Positions 36,359-45,817 of a stretch of DNA of 53,850 bases are shown here, one piece after another (the stretch's first letter is position 1; every line of letters begins with the position of its first letter). This DNA is from Bacilli bacterium (GTDB lineage: Bacteria > Bacillota_I > Bacilli_A > RF39 > UBA660). The stretch is taken from positions 1 to 53,850 of the forward strand of contig JAQVVC010000001.1 in the NCBI GenBank assembly GCA_028699175.1, given 5' to 3'. The position numbers and the translations under genes were made by a program. The notes under the pieces were generated by a model that ran no database searches, was not told the DNA's origin, and saw nothing but the letters and a program-made list of their open reading frames with translations.

Positions 36359-38542
36359 ATGGCTAAAAAGAAAAAAAGAAAAGAAGATAATAATAAAGTC
36401 AAATTCAGTACTGAGTTAACTGGTTTAATATTAGTTTTAATTAGTGTTATTGGTATTGGTTCTTTTGGTCCTGTTGGAAACTTAATAAAAGATTTCACTA
36501 TATTTGTTATGGGTGCATGGTGGGCTATATTAATTGTATTATTTTTAGTTTTAGGAACATATATGATATTAAAAAGAACTTTACCAAAGTTTTTTACTAC
36601 TAGGTTAATAGGTTTTTATATATTATTAATAGCTCTTTTAACTTTATCTCATATGGAATATATTAAAAATAATCCTGATATTATGATAAATTCAATTTTT
36701 AAAGAAACAGTAGATAATTTTTTAAATACAATCAAAAGTGATAATTATTTTAATTTAAAAAATATGGGTGGAGGAATTATTGGAGCAGCATTTGCATGGT
36801 TATTAGTACTAGCAATTGATATAAAGGGAACATATATTGTATTAATTGTTTCAGCGATATTTGGTCTGATAATGTTATTAGATATAAGTTTTGCAGATAT
36901 CTTTAATAAACTTAAAAAAATATTAAATAGTATAAAAGAAAATGCAAAAGATAGTAGATTATTTAAAATGCCTGATGATGAAGATAATTATGATAATAAT
37001 GTTTCTGATAAAATAATTGTATCAAGTGCTGAAGATATTAAAAATATGAATCTTAATTATGTTTCAGGAGAAAATTATCAACCAGAAAATTCTACTAATG
37101 GTAATTATAAATTACCTTCTATAAATATACTTGATCCAGTAAAAAAATTAGGCAGAGTAAATCCCACGGAATTTATAAATGCTAATAAAATAGCCCTTGA
37201 AAAAGTTCTAAATGATTTTCAAATTACTGGAAAAGTCGTTGATATTCATGAAGGACCTGCTGTTACTCAATATGAAATTGAAATAAAAGCAGCTACTAAA
37301 TTAAATAGAATAACTAGTATTCATCGTGAAATAGCTTTAGCTTTAGCGGCTAAAGATGTTAGAATAGAAGCTCCTATTCCTGGTAAAAGTACAGTGGGAA
37401 TTGAAATACCAAATAAGCAAATTGCATCTGTACCAATTAGAGAAATATTTACAACAATTCCAAAAAATATGCAAAATGCCCAAATTTTAGTAGCTTTGGG
37501 AAAAGATATAAAAGGTCGGACATGTTGTGCGGATTTATATAATATGCCACATTTATTAGTAGCAGGAGCTACTGGTTCAGGAAAATCAGTATGTATTAAT
37601 AGTTTTATTGCTTCGATATTAATGTATAAAAGACCTGAAGAAGTAAAATTAGTATTAGTTGATCCCAAAAAAGTTGAATTATCTAATTATAATGGAGTAC
37701 CTCATTTACTTTGCCCAGTAGTAACCGATCCAAAAAAAGCTAATATTGCTCTTCAAAAAATAGTTTCAGAAATGGATCGTAGATATGGTATTTTTGAAGA
37801 CAAAGGGGTTAAAAATATATTAATATATAATGAAATGATTACTAAACAAAATAAAAAAAATGATACAGATATACCGCTTTTACCTTATATAGTGGTAATT
37901 ATTGATGAGCTTGCTGATTTAATGCTAGTTGCAGCTAAAGAAGTAGAAGATTCAATAATGAGAATTACTCAAATGGCAAGAGCAGCAGGGATTCATTTAA
38001 TTGTTGCTACCCAAAGACCATCAACTGATATAATAACGGGAATAGTAAAAGCAAATATTCCTTCAAGGATATCATTTACTGTTGCTTCCTATATTGATTC
38101 AAGAACTATATTAGATACAACAGGAGCTGAAAAATTATTGGGCCGTGGGGATATGTTATATTTACCAATGGGTGAAAATCATCCTCAAAGAATACAAGGG
38201 ACTTTTATTAGTGACGATGAAATCAGTAGATTAATTGAATATGTATCTAAAGAACAAAAGGCTAATTATGATAATACATTACTTGTTCAAGAACCTAATC
38301 ATATGGCAGCTGGAGATGGGTATGAACAAGAAGAATATGAAGATCCAATTTATAATGAAGTAGTCCAGTTTGCTTTAGAAGCTGGTAAAATAAGTGCATC
38401 TTTACTTCAAAGAAGATTTAGAGTAGGATATAATCGTGCTGCACGCATAATTGATTTATTAGAAGAAAGAGGAATTGTCGGTCCTGCTAATGGATCAAAA
38501 CCTAGAGAAGTTCTAATGGCATTAGATAAATCAGATAAATAA
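36359..38542 (+). CDS. DNA translocase FtsK/SpoIIIE
   Basis: N-terminal TM helices, Walker A GATGSGKSVCIN and Walker B VVIIDELADLM. C-terminal gamma wHTH SASLLQRRFRVGYNRAARIIDLLEERGIV. ATG 36359 preferred to GTG 36350. Confidence 0.93.
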   Translation: MAKKKKRKEDNNKVKFSTELTGLILVLISVIGIGSFGPVGNLIKDFTIFVMGAWWAILIVLFLVLGTYMILKRTLPKFFTTRLIGFYILLIALLTLSHMEYIKNNPDIMINSIFKETVDNFLNTIKSDNYFNLKNMGGGIIGAAFAWLLVLAIDIKGTYIVLIVSAIFGLIMLLDISFADIFNKLKKILNSIKENAKDSRLFKMPDDEDNYDNNVSDKIIVSSAEDIKNMNLNYVSGENYQPENSTNGNYKLPSINILDPVKKLGRVNPTEFINANKIALEKVLNDFQITGKVVDIHEGPAVTQYEIEIKAATKLNRITSIHREIALALAAKDVRIEAPIPGKSTVGIEIPNKQIASVPIREIFTTIPKNMQNAQILVALGKDIKGRTCCADLYNMPHLLVAGATGSGKSVCINSFIASILMYKRPEEVKLVLVDPKKVELSNYNGVPHLLCPVVTDPKKANIALQKIVSEMDRRYGIFEDKGVKNILIYNEMITKQNKKNDTDIPLLPYIVVIIDELADLMLVAAKEVEDSIMRITQMARAAGIHLIVATQRPSTDIITGIVKANIPSRISFTVASYIDSRTILDTTGAEKLLGRGDMLYLPMGENHPQRIQGTFISDDEISRLIEYVSKEQKANYDNTLLVQEPNHMAAGDGYEQEEYEDPIYNEVVQFALEAGKISASLLQRRFRVGYNRAARIIDLLEERGIVGPANGSKPREVLMALDKSDK

Positions 38543-38544
38543 TA

Positions 38545-38571
38545 AAAAGCAAATGGTTAGTTTGCTTTTTC
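38545..38571 (+). terminator. intrinsic terminator after ftsK/spoIIIE
   Basis: aaaagcaaa-tggttag-tttgctttt plus T-run. Confidence 0.7.
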
Positions 38572-38604
38572 TATGCGGGAATGATAAAATTATTTCGGTG
38601 ATTA

Positions 38605-39372
38605 ATGATGCTTAAAATAGAAAACTTAAATGTTAAAATAAATAATAAAGATATTCTAAAAGATTTTAATTTAGATATAAAACTAGGCGAAATTCATGGA
38701 ATTATGGGACCAAATGGAATCGGTAAAAGTACAATATGTAAAACAATAATAGGTGATCCTATTTATTTAGTTACCAAAGGAAAAATTTTTTTTAATTCTA
38801 AAGATTTACTTAAATTAAATATTACCCAAAGAGCAAAAGAAGGAATATATTTAGTTAATCAAAATCCGATCGAGATACCCGGTGTTACTAACGCTGAAAT
38901 GTTAAGAGTAGCTCTTTTTGAAAAAACCGGTGAAGTAGTAAATATATATGAATTTAATAAAAAATTAGAGGAAACATGTGATAAATTATCAATTCCAAGA
39001 AGTTTTATTCATCGAGGTATTAATGAAGGAATGAGTGGTGGAGAAAGAAAGAAAAATGAACTTCTTCATCTTTGGATGTTAGAACCTAAATTAATTATTT
39101 TAGATGAAATAGATAGTGGTTTAGATGTTGATAGTATTAAAGTAGTATGTGATAATCTGAAAGAATATTATAAGAATCATAAAGTTAGTATATTAATAAT
39201 AACCCATGGTCCACAATTATTAAAACTACTCAGTGCAACTCATATCCATATTTTAAATGAAGGAAAAATAATAGCAACCGGCGACTATAATTTAGCTTTG
39301 AAAGTTGGAAAAGAAGGGTATAAGAAATATAATAAGGCATATTTAGTAAGCGAGAATGAAAAAAATGAATAA
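38605..39372 (+). CDS. sufC: Fe-S cluster assembly ATPase SufC
   Basis: GPNGIGKST, SGGERKKNE and ILDEIDSGLD. Confidence 0.92.
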   Translation: MMLKIENLNVKINNKDILKDFNLDIKLGEIHGIMGPNGIGKSTICKTIIGDPIYLVTKGKIFFNSKDLLKLNITQRAKEGIYLVNQNPIEIPGVTNAEMLRVALFEKTGEVVNIYEFNKKLEETCDKLSIPRSFIHRGINEGMSGGERKKNELLHLWMLEPKLIILDEIDSGLDVDSIKVVCDNLKEYYKNHKVSILIITHGPQLLKLLSATHIHILNEGKIIATGDYNLALKVGKEGYKKYNKAYLVSENEKNE

Positions 39373-40003
39373 ACTAAATATGAATAATAGTATCATAAAT
39401 GATGAAAATAATAATATTATAGTTTCCAAAGATTCTATATATACTATTATGAATCATAGTTTAAAAACTTTTAATATAGAAGTAAAAAGTAATTGTAAAG
39501 TTATAATAAATGATTTTAGAATAATAGATAAAGAAGATACTAATATAAAAATAAAAATAAATGGTAAAGCTAGTTTAATATATAATCATTCATTTATTAA
39601 TAAGAATAAATATGAATTAAATATTAATACGACTTATAAAAGTGAAGAGTCAGAAATAATATTAAATATTCATGGTATAAATGATAAGGGTTTTAATACA
39701 ACAAATGTTAGTGGGATTATGAGCGATAAAAAAAACAATATTTTAATTGAGGATATAAGACTAATTAATATAAATAATGGCAGTGGAATAATAATACCTA
39801 ATATTTTAGCAGAAACTAGTAAGATAATTGCTAATCATAATACAACTATAGGTACTATTTCAGAAGATGAATTATCCTATTTAATGAGTAAGGGTATAAG
39901 TGAAACTGAAGCTAAAAATTTAATATTAACTGGTTTCTTAATCAATATATTTAAAGATAAAGGGTTAATAACCAAAATAAAAGAAATAATTTATTGGAGG
40001 TGA
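39356..40003 (+). CDS. short SufD/SufB-family protein
   Basis: Only 215 aa. The C-terminus ELSYLMSKGISETEAKNLILTGFL matches the conserved SufB/SufD tail. Sits between sufC and sufS. Confidence 0.65.
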   Translation: MKKMNKLNMNNSIINDENNNIIVSKDSIYTIMNHSLKTFNIEVKSNCKVIINDFRIIDKEDTNIKIKINGKASLIYNHSFINKNKYELNINTTYKSEESEIILNIHGINDKGFNTTNVSGIMSDKKNNILIEDIRLININNGSGIIIPNILAETSKIIANHNTTIGTISEDELSYLMSKGISETEAKNLILTGFLINIFKDKGLITKIKEIIYWR

Positions 40004-40007
40004 AATA

Positions 40008-41201
40008 ATGCATAGAGAAGATTTTCCAATGCTTAAACAAGACTACATTTATTTAGATAATGGGGCAACAACATTTAAACCACAAATAGTTATCAATGCT
40101 ATTAATGATTATTATTGTAATTATTCAGCAAATGCTCATCGAGGCGACTATTCAATTAGTTATAAAGTTGATCTTGAATATGAAGGAGCAAGAAAAAAAG
40201 TTGCTGAATTTATCAATGCGGATATAAATGAAATCGTATTTAATAGTGGTGCAACTGAAGGATTAAATACCATAGTAACTGGTTTTTTTGATAATTTACT
40301 TGAGCCGGGTGATGAAATTATTATTAGTAAAAGTGAGCATGCTAGTAATGTTTTACCATGGTTTAGATTAGCTAATAAAAACAATTCAAAAATTGTCTAT
40401 GCTCCACTAGATGCAAATTTACATATTACTTTAGAAGGAATAAAAAGTGTTATTACATCTAATACAAAAATAATTGCTTTAGCAGAAACAACAAATGTTG
40501 TAGGAGACGTAAGACCAATTAAAGAAATTTGTGAATATGCTCATAAAAATAATATTTTTGTTGTTGTAGATGGAGCCCAAAGTGTACCTCATAAAAAAAT
40601 AGATGTAAAAGATAATGATGTTGATTTTTTAGTATTTTCCGGTCATAAAATGTGTGGCCCTACTGGTATTGGAGTTTTATATGGAAAAAAAGAATTGTTA
40701 GAAGAATTAGATCCCTTAATACTAGGAGGGGGCATGAATGAATCTTTTGATAGTGAAAAAGAAATATATTTAAAAGAAATACCTCAAAGATTAGAAGCAG
40801 GAACTCCTAATATTGCTGGAGCAATCGGATTAGGTGCAGCTATCGATTATTTACAAAACATAGGAATGGATAATATAAGTATTTATGAACAAAAATTAAA
40901 AGACTATTTAGTATCAAAATTATTAGAAATAGAACATATAAAAATTATCAATGAAGAAGCAGAAAGTGGTATAATAGCATTTAATATTGAGGGAATATTT
41001 AGTCAAGATGTAGCTTATTATTTGAATAAATATAATATATGCACTCGAGCTGGTAATCACTGTGCTAAAATATTAAAAAGTGTGACAGGAGTAAAAAACA
41101 CGGTCAGAGTAAGCCTATATTTTTACAATACTTATGAGGAAATAGATTCCCTAATTGAATTATTAATGGATAAAGAAAAAATATTAAAGGAAATGATATA
41201 A
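40008..41201 (+). CDS. sufS: cysteine desulfurase SufS
   Basis: PLP lysine motif SGHKMCGPTG and catalytic RAGNHCA. Confidence 0.92.
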   Translation: MHREDFPMLKQDYIYLDNGATTFKPQIVINAINDYYCNYSANAHRGDYSISYKVDLEYEGARKKVAEFINADINEIVFNSGATEGLNTIVTGFFDNLLEPGDEIIISKSEHASNVLPWFRLANKNNSKIVYAPLDANLHITLEGIKSVITSNTKIIALAETTNVVGDVRPIKEICEYAHKNNIFVVVDGAQSVPHKKIDVKDNDVDFLVFSGHKMCGPTGIGVLYGKKELLEELDPLILGGGMNESFDSEKEIYLKEIPQRLEAGTPNIAGAIGLGAAIDYLQNIGMDNISIYEQKLKDYLVSKLLEIEHIKIINEEAESGIIAFNIEGIFSQDVAYYLNKYNICTRAGNHCAKILKSVTGVKNTVRVSLYFYNTYEEIDSLIELLMDKEKILKEMI

Positions 41202-41630
41202 GTGGATACTGAATTAAAAAGACAAATTATGTTAGAAAATTATTCCAATCCTTTTCATAAAGAAACAAAAGGTGAAGATTATATTAAAACCAACGCCAAT
41301 AATATTTCTTGTATTGATGATATAAATTTATATTTGAAAATAGAGAATAATATCATTAAAGATGCTTACTTTGATGGTGAAGCATGTGCAATAAGTACTT
41401 CAAGTACATCGATAATGCTTAAAAATATTATAAATAAAAGCATCAATGATGTAAAAGAATATATTAATAATTTTGAGAATATGATTTATGAAAAAGAGTA
41501 TAATAAAGAAATCTTAAAAGAAGCTCTTGTCTATGATGAAATTTATAAACAAGAAAATCGAAAAACATGTGCAACACTTCCTTATGAAGCTTTAAAAAAA
41601 GCAATTGATAAAAATAAAGAAATATGCTAA
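41202..41630 (+). CDS. sufU: SufU (IscU-like) sulfur-transfer / scaffold protein
   Basis: GTG start abutting the sufS stop. Conserved Cys positions in SCIDD, GEACAIS and KTCATLP. Confidence 0.8.
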   Translation: MDTELKRQIMLENYSNPFHKETKGEDYIKTNANNISCIDDINLYLKIENNIIKDAYFDGEACAISTSSTSIMLKNIINKSINDVKEYINNFENMIYEKEYNKEILKEALVYDEIYKQENRKTCATLPYEALKKAIDKNKEIC

Positions 41631-41684
41631 TATTATTGAGTAAGAAAGCAATTATATAGGACTATAATTAATACCTAATTATAT

Positions 41685-41836
41685 AGAGAGTTAACGCTTG
41701 GTGAAAGTTAATTAATTGGATTAATGAATCTCCCTATTAGTGAAGTTAAAATCTTCCGGTCTTAAGACCGTTATTAAAAAAAAGAAAAATAAAGGATGGT
41801 ACCGTGCATATGCACTCCTAATACCATCTTTTTTTG
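41685..41836 (+). promoter_or_regulatory. T-box leader upstream of serS
   Basis: Stem I motifs AGAGAG (41685-90) and GCTTGGTGAAAG. T-box sequence AAAGGATGGTACCGTG (41791-41806). Terminator arm gatggta (41795-801) / taccatc (41822-28) plus T7. Candidate Ser specifier UCU/UCC near 41728-41734, not resolved. Confidence 0.75.
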
Positions 41837-41940
41837 TTAGAAAGGATATATAATGAAAATAATTAATGATATAATAATGTTTAGAAAGACGAGGGCCTTT
41901 TTAAATAAATTAAATAAAGAAAAAGAAAGAAGATGAAAAA

Positions 41941-43221
41941 ATGATAGATATTAAATTAATAAGAGAAAATCAAGAAAAAGTAAAAGAAAATATAAAAAAG
42001 AAATTTCAAGATGATAAATTATCTTTAGTAGATGAAATATATAATTTAGATATAACATATCGCGAAATTAAACAAAAAGCTGATAATTTAAGAAGTGATA
42101 AAAATAAGACTAGTGATAAAATTGGTTCTTATATTCGTGATAAAAACCAAGAAGAGGCAAATAAATTAAAAAATCAAGTTCGAAATTATAGTAATGAAAT
42201 AGCAGCATTAGAAAAAGAAGAATTAAAATTAGAACAAGATATCCGAAATAAAATGATGTTAATTCCCCAAATAATACATGATACAGTTCCAATAGGTAAA
42301 GATGATACAGAAAATGTTGAAATTGAAAAATTTGGCGAACCAATAATACCTGAATTTGAAATACCATATCATGCTGATATTTTAGAAAGAATTGCTGGAC
42401 TTGATAAAGAATCATCAGGTAGAACTAGTGGTTCAGGATTTTATTATTTAATTGGCGATGCTGCTAGATTACATTCAGCTATGATTAGTTATGCCAGAGA
42501 TTTTATGATTGATAAGGGATTTACTTATTGTATTCCTCCCTTTATGATTCGATCTGATGTTGTTACTGGAGTTATGTCATTTACCGAAATGGAAAATATG
42601 ATGTATAAAATTGAAAATGAAGATTTATATTTGATTGGTACAAGTGAACACTCTATAATAGGAAGATACAAAGATCAAATAATAAAAGATGAAAGTCTTC
42701 CCATTACTTTAACTTCTTACTCACCTTGTTTTAGAAAAGAAGTAGGAGCTCATGGTATTGAAGAAAGAGGAATATATAGGGTTCATCAATTTGAAAAACA
42801 AGAAATGGTAGTATTATGTAATGAAGAAGATCATTTAGATTGGTATAACAAAATGTGGTCATACACGGTTGAGTTTTTTAGAAGTTTAGATATTCCTGTT
42901 CGAACTTTAGAATGCTGTTCTGGGGATTTAGCTGATTTAAAAGTTAAATCATGTGATGTCGAAGCATGGAGTCCAAGACAAAAAAAATATTTTGAAGTTG
43001 GTTCTTGTTCAACTTTAGGAGATGCTCAAGCTAGAAGACTAGGAATTAGAACTAAAACTAATAAAGGCACCAAATATGTTTATACTCTTAATAATACGAT
43101 ATTAGCAACACCAAGAGGTTTAATTGCTCTTCTAGAAAACAATGTAAATGAAGATGGTAGCATTAATATCCCGATAGTTTTAAGACCATATATGGGGAAT
43201 AAAGAATTAATTAAACCATAA
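41941..43221 (+). CDS. serS: serine--tRNA ligase
   Basis: N-terminal coiled-coil arm and a class II core (GTSEHSI, FRKEVGAHG, YRVHQFEKQE, NNTILATPR). Confidence 0.93.
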   Translation: MIDIKLIRENQEKVKENIKKKFQDDKLSLVDEIYNLDITYREIKQKADNLRSDKNKTSDKIGSYIRDKNQEEANKLKNQVRNYSNEIAALEKEELKLEQDIRNKMMLIPQIIHDTVPIGKDDTENVEIEKFGEPIIPEFEIPYHADILERIAGLDKESSGRTSGSGFYYLIGDAARLHSAMISYARDFMIDKGFTYCIPPFMIRSDVVTGVMSFTEMENMMYKIENEDLYLIGTSEHSIIGRYKDQIIKDESLPITLTSYSPCFRKEVGAHGIEERGIYRVHQFEKQEMVVLCNEEDHLDWYNKMWSYTVEFFRSLDIPVRTLECCSGDLADLKVKSCDVEAWSPRQKKYFEVGSCSTLGDAQARRLGIRTKTNKGTKYVYTLNNTILATPRGLIALLENNVNEDGSINIPIVLRPYMGNKELIKP

Positions 43222-43284
43222 AAAAATTCTAAGTGAAATAATAAACATTTTCTTTTATAGGCATATTATATATTGGGTGATGAA

Positions 43285-43521
43285 ATGAAGGACGAAGTTT
43301 TTGATAAAGTAGAAAATAAAACGCATGTTGATAAAGCGACGATATTAGAGTTAGCTAAACAAGTTAATGATAATGGCTTAAAAGATGAAAAGACTTTAAA
43401 ATCAGTAATAAGTAAATTATCAGTAATAACAGGTAAAAATGTATCAAAAGAAATGGAAGAAAAAATTATAAAAACCATTTTAGAAGACAAAGTACCTAAA
43501 GATGTCGAAAAAATGTTTTAA
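43285..43521 (+). CDS. spoVIF: stage VI sporulation protein F (SpoVIF/YjcC family)
   Basis: KDEKTLKSVISKLSVITGKNVSKEMEEKIIKTI parallels my recollection of B. subtilis SpoVIF (KDENTVRSVINRVAQMANRRVPKELEDKIVESI). Start is ATG 43285 or TTG 43273. Confidence 0.65.
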   Translation: MKDEVFDKVENKTHVDKATILELAKQVNDNGLKDEKTLKSVISKLSVITGKNVSKEMEEKIIKTILEDKVPKDVEKMF

Positions 43522-43557
43522 AAATATTATAACTTTAGTTTTATAATATTTTTTTAT
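43521..43557 (+). terminator. A/T-only hairpin terminator after spoVIF
   Basis: Perfect 12-bp stem aaaatattataa / ttataatatttt with an 8-nt loop and T-run. Confidence 0.4.
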
Positions 43558-43585
43558 TCATAGAATTTATAAATAAACATAAGTT
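43558..43585 (+). promoter_or_regulatory. candidate sigma-E type promoter for spoIVA
   Basis: TCATAGA (43558-64), 13-nt spacer, CATAAGTT (43578-85), compared with the remembered consensus kmATATT / CATACAnT. spoIVA is sigma-E dependent in B. subtilis. Confidence 0.3.
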
Positions 43586-43607
43586 TTAAATGAAAGGGAA
43601 GAAGAAA

Positions 43608-43985
43608 ATGGAAAAGAAAGAGATTATTAGTAGCATCTCTGCATGGGGACAAGGAGAAATATATTTAGGAGTAGTAGGAGCTGTTCGTACTGGTAAATCG
43701 ACATTTATAAAAAAAGTAATCGAAAATTTAATAATTCCTAATATTAAAGATGAAGATGATAAAAAAAGATGTTTAGATGAAACTCCACAAAGTGCTCCTG
43801 GTAAAACCATTATGACTACTGAACCTAAATTTGTACCCTCTACTGGTGCTATGATAACAATTGATGAATTTACAACTAATATTAAATTAATTGATTGTGT
43901 TGGTTATATAATAAAATCAAGTAATGGTTATGAAGACGATTTAGGAAATCCTAGGCTTGTTAAAACTCCTTGGGGTGTTATATAA
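43608..43985 (+). pseudogene. spoIVA: 5' fragment of spoIVA (first ~122 codons), interrupted
   Basis: MEKKEIISSISAWGQGEIYLGVVGAVRTGKSTFIKK...TPQSAPGKTIMTTEPKFVP...LIDCVGY...GYEDDLGNPRLVKTPW tracks the B. subtilis SpoIVA N-terminus (492 aa) up to TPW (TGG 43971-73). It then reads GVI-stop into unrelated DNA. Confidence 0.85.
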
Positions 43986-44090
43986 AAATGGATACCCCTT
44001 AAATAACAGCACAAACCCTTATAATATAAGGCATAATGATATATTTTCTTACTAAGCTTTGCATTTAAATTATTAAGAAAAGGAGAAATT

Positions 44091-45065
44091 ATGTTGAAAA
44101 CAGAAAATTATTATGAAAAGTCCTTTACTGATTTAGCAAAGTTATATTATGATAAATTTCAAATTCCATTTCCTATTTCATTATTAAAAGCAGTTGAAAA
44201 TAAAGAAATAAAAACTAAAATAATAAATTGCTTAATTTCTGGTGAATTATATAATTATTATGATGATAGAAAATTCCGTATAAATAAAATAAATAATAAA
44301 ATTGATTATGTTGAATTGATAAATTTAATAAAACAAAGCATGGATGAAATAGGATATGATTATCAAAAAATGATTAATGATATTAATTCTGTAGTTAATC
44401 TTAGACTTAATGGAAAAACATTTTCTTTTGAAGAACATTTAGAGGCACTAGTACTTGCTCAATTGAGCAATCATCGATGGGGCGATGAAACAATAATTAG
44501 AAACAGAGAAAATTTAAGATATATTTTTAAATTTTACAATAGAGAATATTTAAAAAAAATCGATCCCGAAGTTTTAACTAAAGAAGTAATAAATATAAAT
44601 TGTGGTAATGCTTCAATATATAGACAAATGAAAGCATTAAGTTATAATATAACAATACTAGAAAAAATTGAAAAAGATTATGAACACTTAGATTGTTTTG
44701 TTGCATCAGCTGAACCGAATACAATAGCCAATATATTGTATGATGGTAAATATAAACTAAATCAAGTAGGAAAAGCTTTTGCATTAGATTATTTAAAAAA
44801 AGTTGGAATAAACACTTGTAAATCGGATTCACAAATAACTAGATTATTTGGTTCTAATAGATTATCTTTAGTCAATAATCATATAGCTACAGCTTTAGAA
44901 ACTATGTCAATAATAAAAAAAATAACAAACGATCCATTAATTTCTGAAATAGAAGTTAATTCTTTGTTGTGGCAATTTTGTTTGCCAAGAGGTGCAAATA
45001 TATGTACTAAAAATCCAAATTGTTATTTATGTAAATTAAATCATTTGTGTAATTATAACAATTAG
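44091..45065 (+). CDS. HhH-GPD / endonuclease III-like superfamily protein
   Basis: HhH-like LNQVGKAFALDYLKKVG followed by KSDSQITRLFG. C-terminal Fe-S-type Cys cluster CTKNPNCYLCKLNHLC (C-x5-C-x2-C-x5-C, against x6 in EndoIII). Confidence 0.5.
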   Translation: MLKTENYYEKSFTDLAKLYYDKFQIPFPISLLKAVENKEIKTKIINCLISGELYNYYDDRKFRINKINNKIDYVELINLIKQSMDEIGYDYQKMINDINSVVNLRLNGKTFSFEEHLEALVLAQLSNHRWGDETIIRNRENLRYIFKFYNREYLKKIDPEVLTKEVININCGNASIYRQMKALSYNITILEKIEKDYEHLDCFVASAEPNTIANILYDGKYKLNQVGKAFALDYLKKVGINTCKSDSQITRLFGSNRLSLVNNHIATALETMSIIKKITNDPLISEIEVNSLLWQFCLPRGANICTKNPNCYLCKLNHLCNYNN

Positions 45066-45143
45066 TAATATCGTATTTTTATATAACTTGCAGAAAAGAT
45101 ATAAAAGTATTATAATAAATCTATAAAATGAAAGGGAAATTTA

Positions 45144-45707
45144 ATGAAAAATAAAGAAACTGTTATTAATTTCAATGAAATTAAATTTGAAACAGAGAGA
45201 TTAATTATTAGAAGAATTAAAAAAGAAGATTGGCAAGACTATAATGAAATTATGGGAAACGAATTAACTATGAATTTTTTAGGACGTGCTAATACTTTAG
45301 AAGAAGTTAAAGGTTATGTGGAAAATCAAAGTAATCAAGATTATAATAACTTAAGTGGAAATTATGCTATCGTTTTAAAAGAAGAAAACAAAGTAATAGG
45401 TCAATTTGGATTAGAAATTAATACTAAACATTCAAAAGCTTCGATTAGTTATCTATTTAATAGTAAGTACTGGAATAAAGGGTATGCAATAGAGTGTGCT
45501 AAATTTATGGTGGATTATGCTTTTAATGAAATTAATTTAAATAGAATAGAAGCAGATTGTGTAAAAGAAAATGAAGCATCCTTAAAAATATTTAAGAAAT
45601 TAAATATGAATTTTGAGGGGGAATTTAAAGAATCTCGTTATAATAAAAGACTAAACAAATTTTTTGATGTAGTATATTATGCGATATTAAGAAGCGACTA
45701 TAAATGA
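45144..45707 (+). CDS. GNAT family N-acetyltransferase (RimJ/RimL-like)
   Basis: ETERLIIRRIKKEDWQDY..., YWNKGYAIE and NRIEADCVKENEASLKIFKKLNM. Confidence 0.8.
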   Translation: MKNKETVINFNEIKFETERLIIRRIKKEDWQDYNEIMGNELTMNFLGRANTLEEVKGYVENQSNQDYNNLSGNYAIVLKEENKVIGQFGLEINTKHSKASISYLFNSKYWNKGYAIECAKFMVDYAFNEINLNRIEADCVKENEASLKIFKKLNMNFEGEFKESRYNKRLNKFFDVVYYAILRSDYK

Positions 45708-45778
45708 ACTTAATAATGTATTTTATTATACTAATAAATTAGAATTAAAAGCAAAATTAGAGTAACTTTTTCAAAATA

Positions 45779-45817
45779 ATTACAAACTGTATAAAGAGTT
45801 GTGATTACAAACTGTAT
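45779..45817 (+). repeat. tandem direct repeat attacaaactgtataaagagt; the second copy is split by the IS
   Basis: Copy 1 is at 45779-45799. Copy 2 starts at 45804-45817 (attacaaactgtat) and resumes after the IS at 47402-47408 (aaagagt). Confidence 0.7.

Noticed and set aside
41636-41668. Promoter for the serS T-box (TTGAGT ... TATAAT)
   Set aside because: The spacer between the two hexamers is 21 nt, too long for a sigma-A promoter. The true -35 was not identified.
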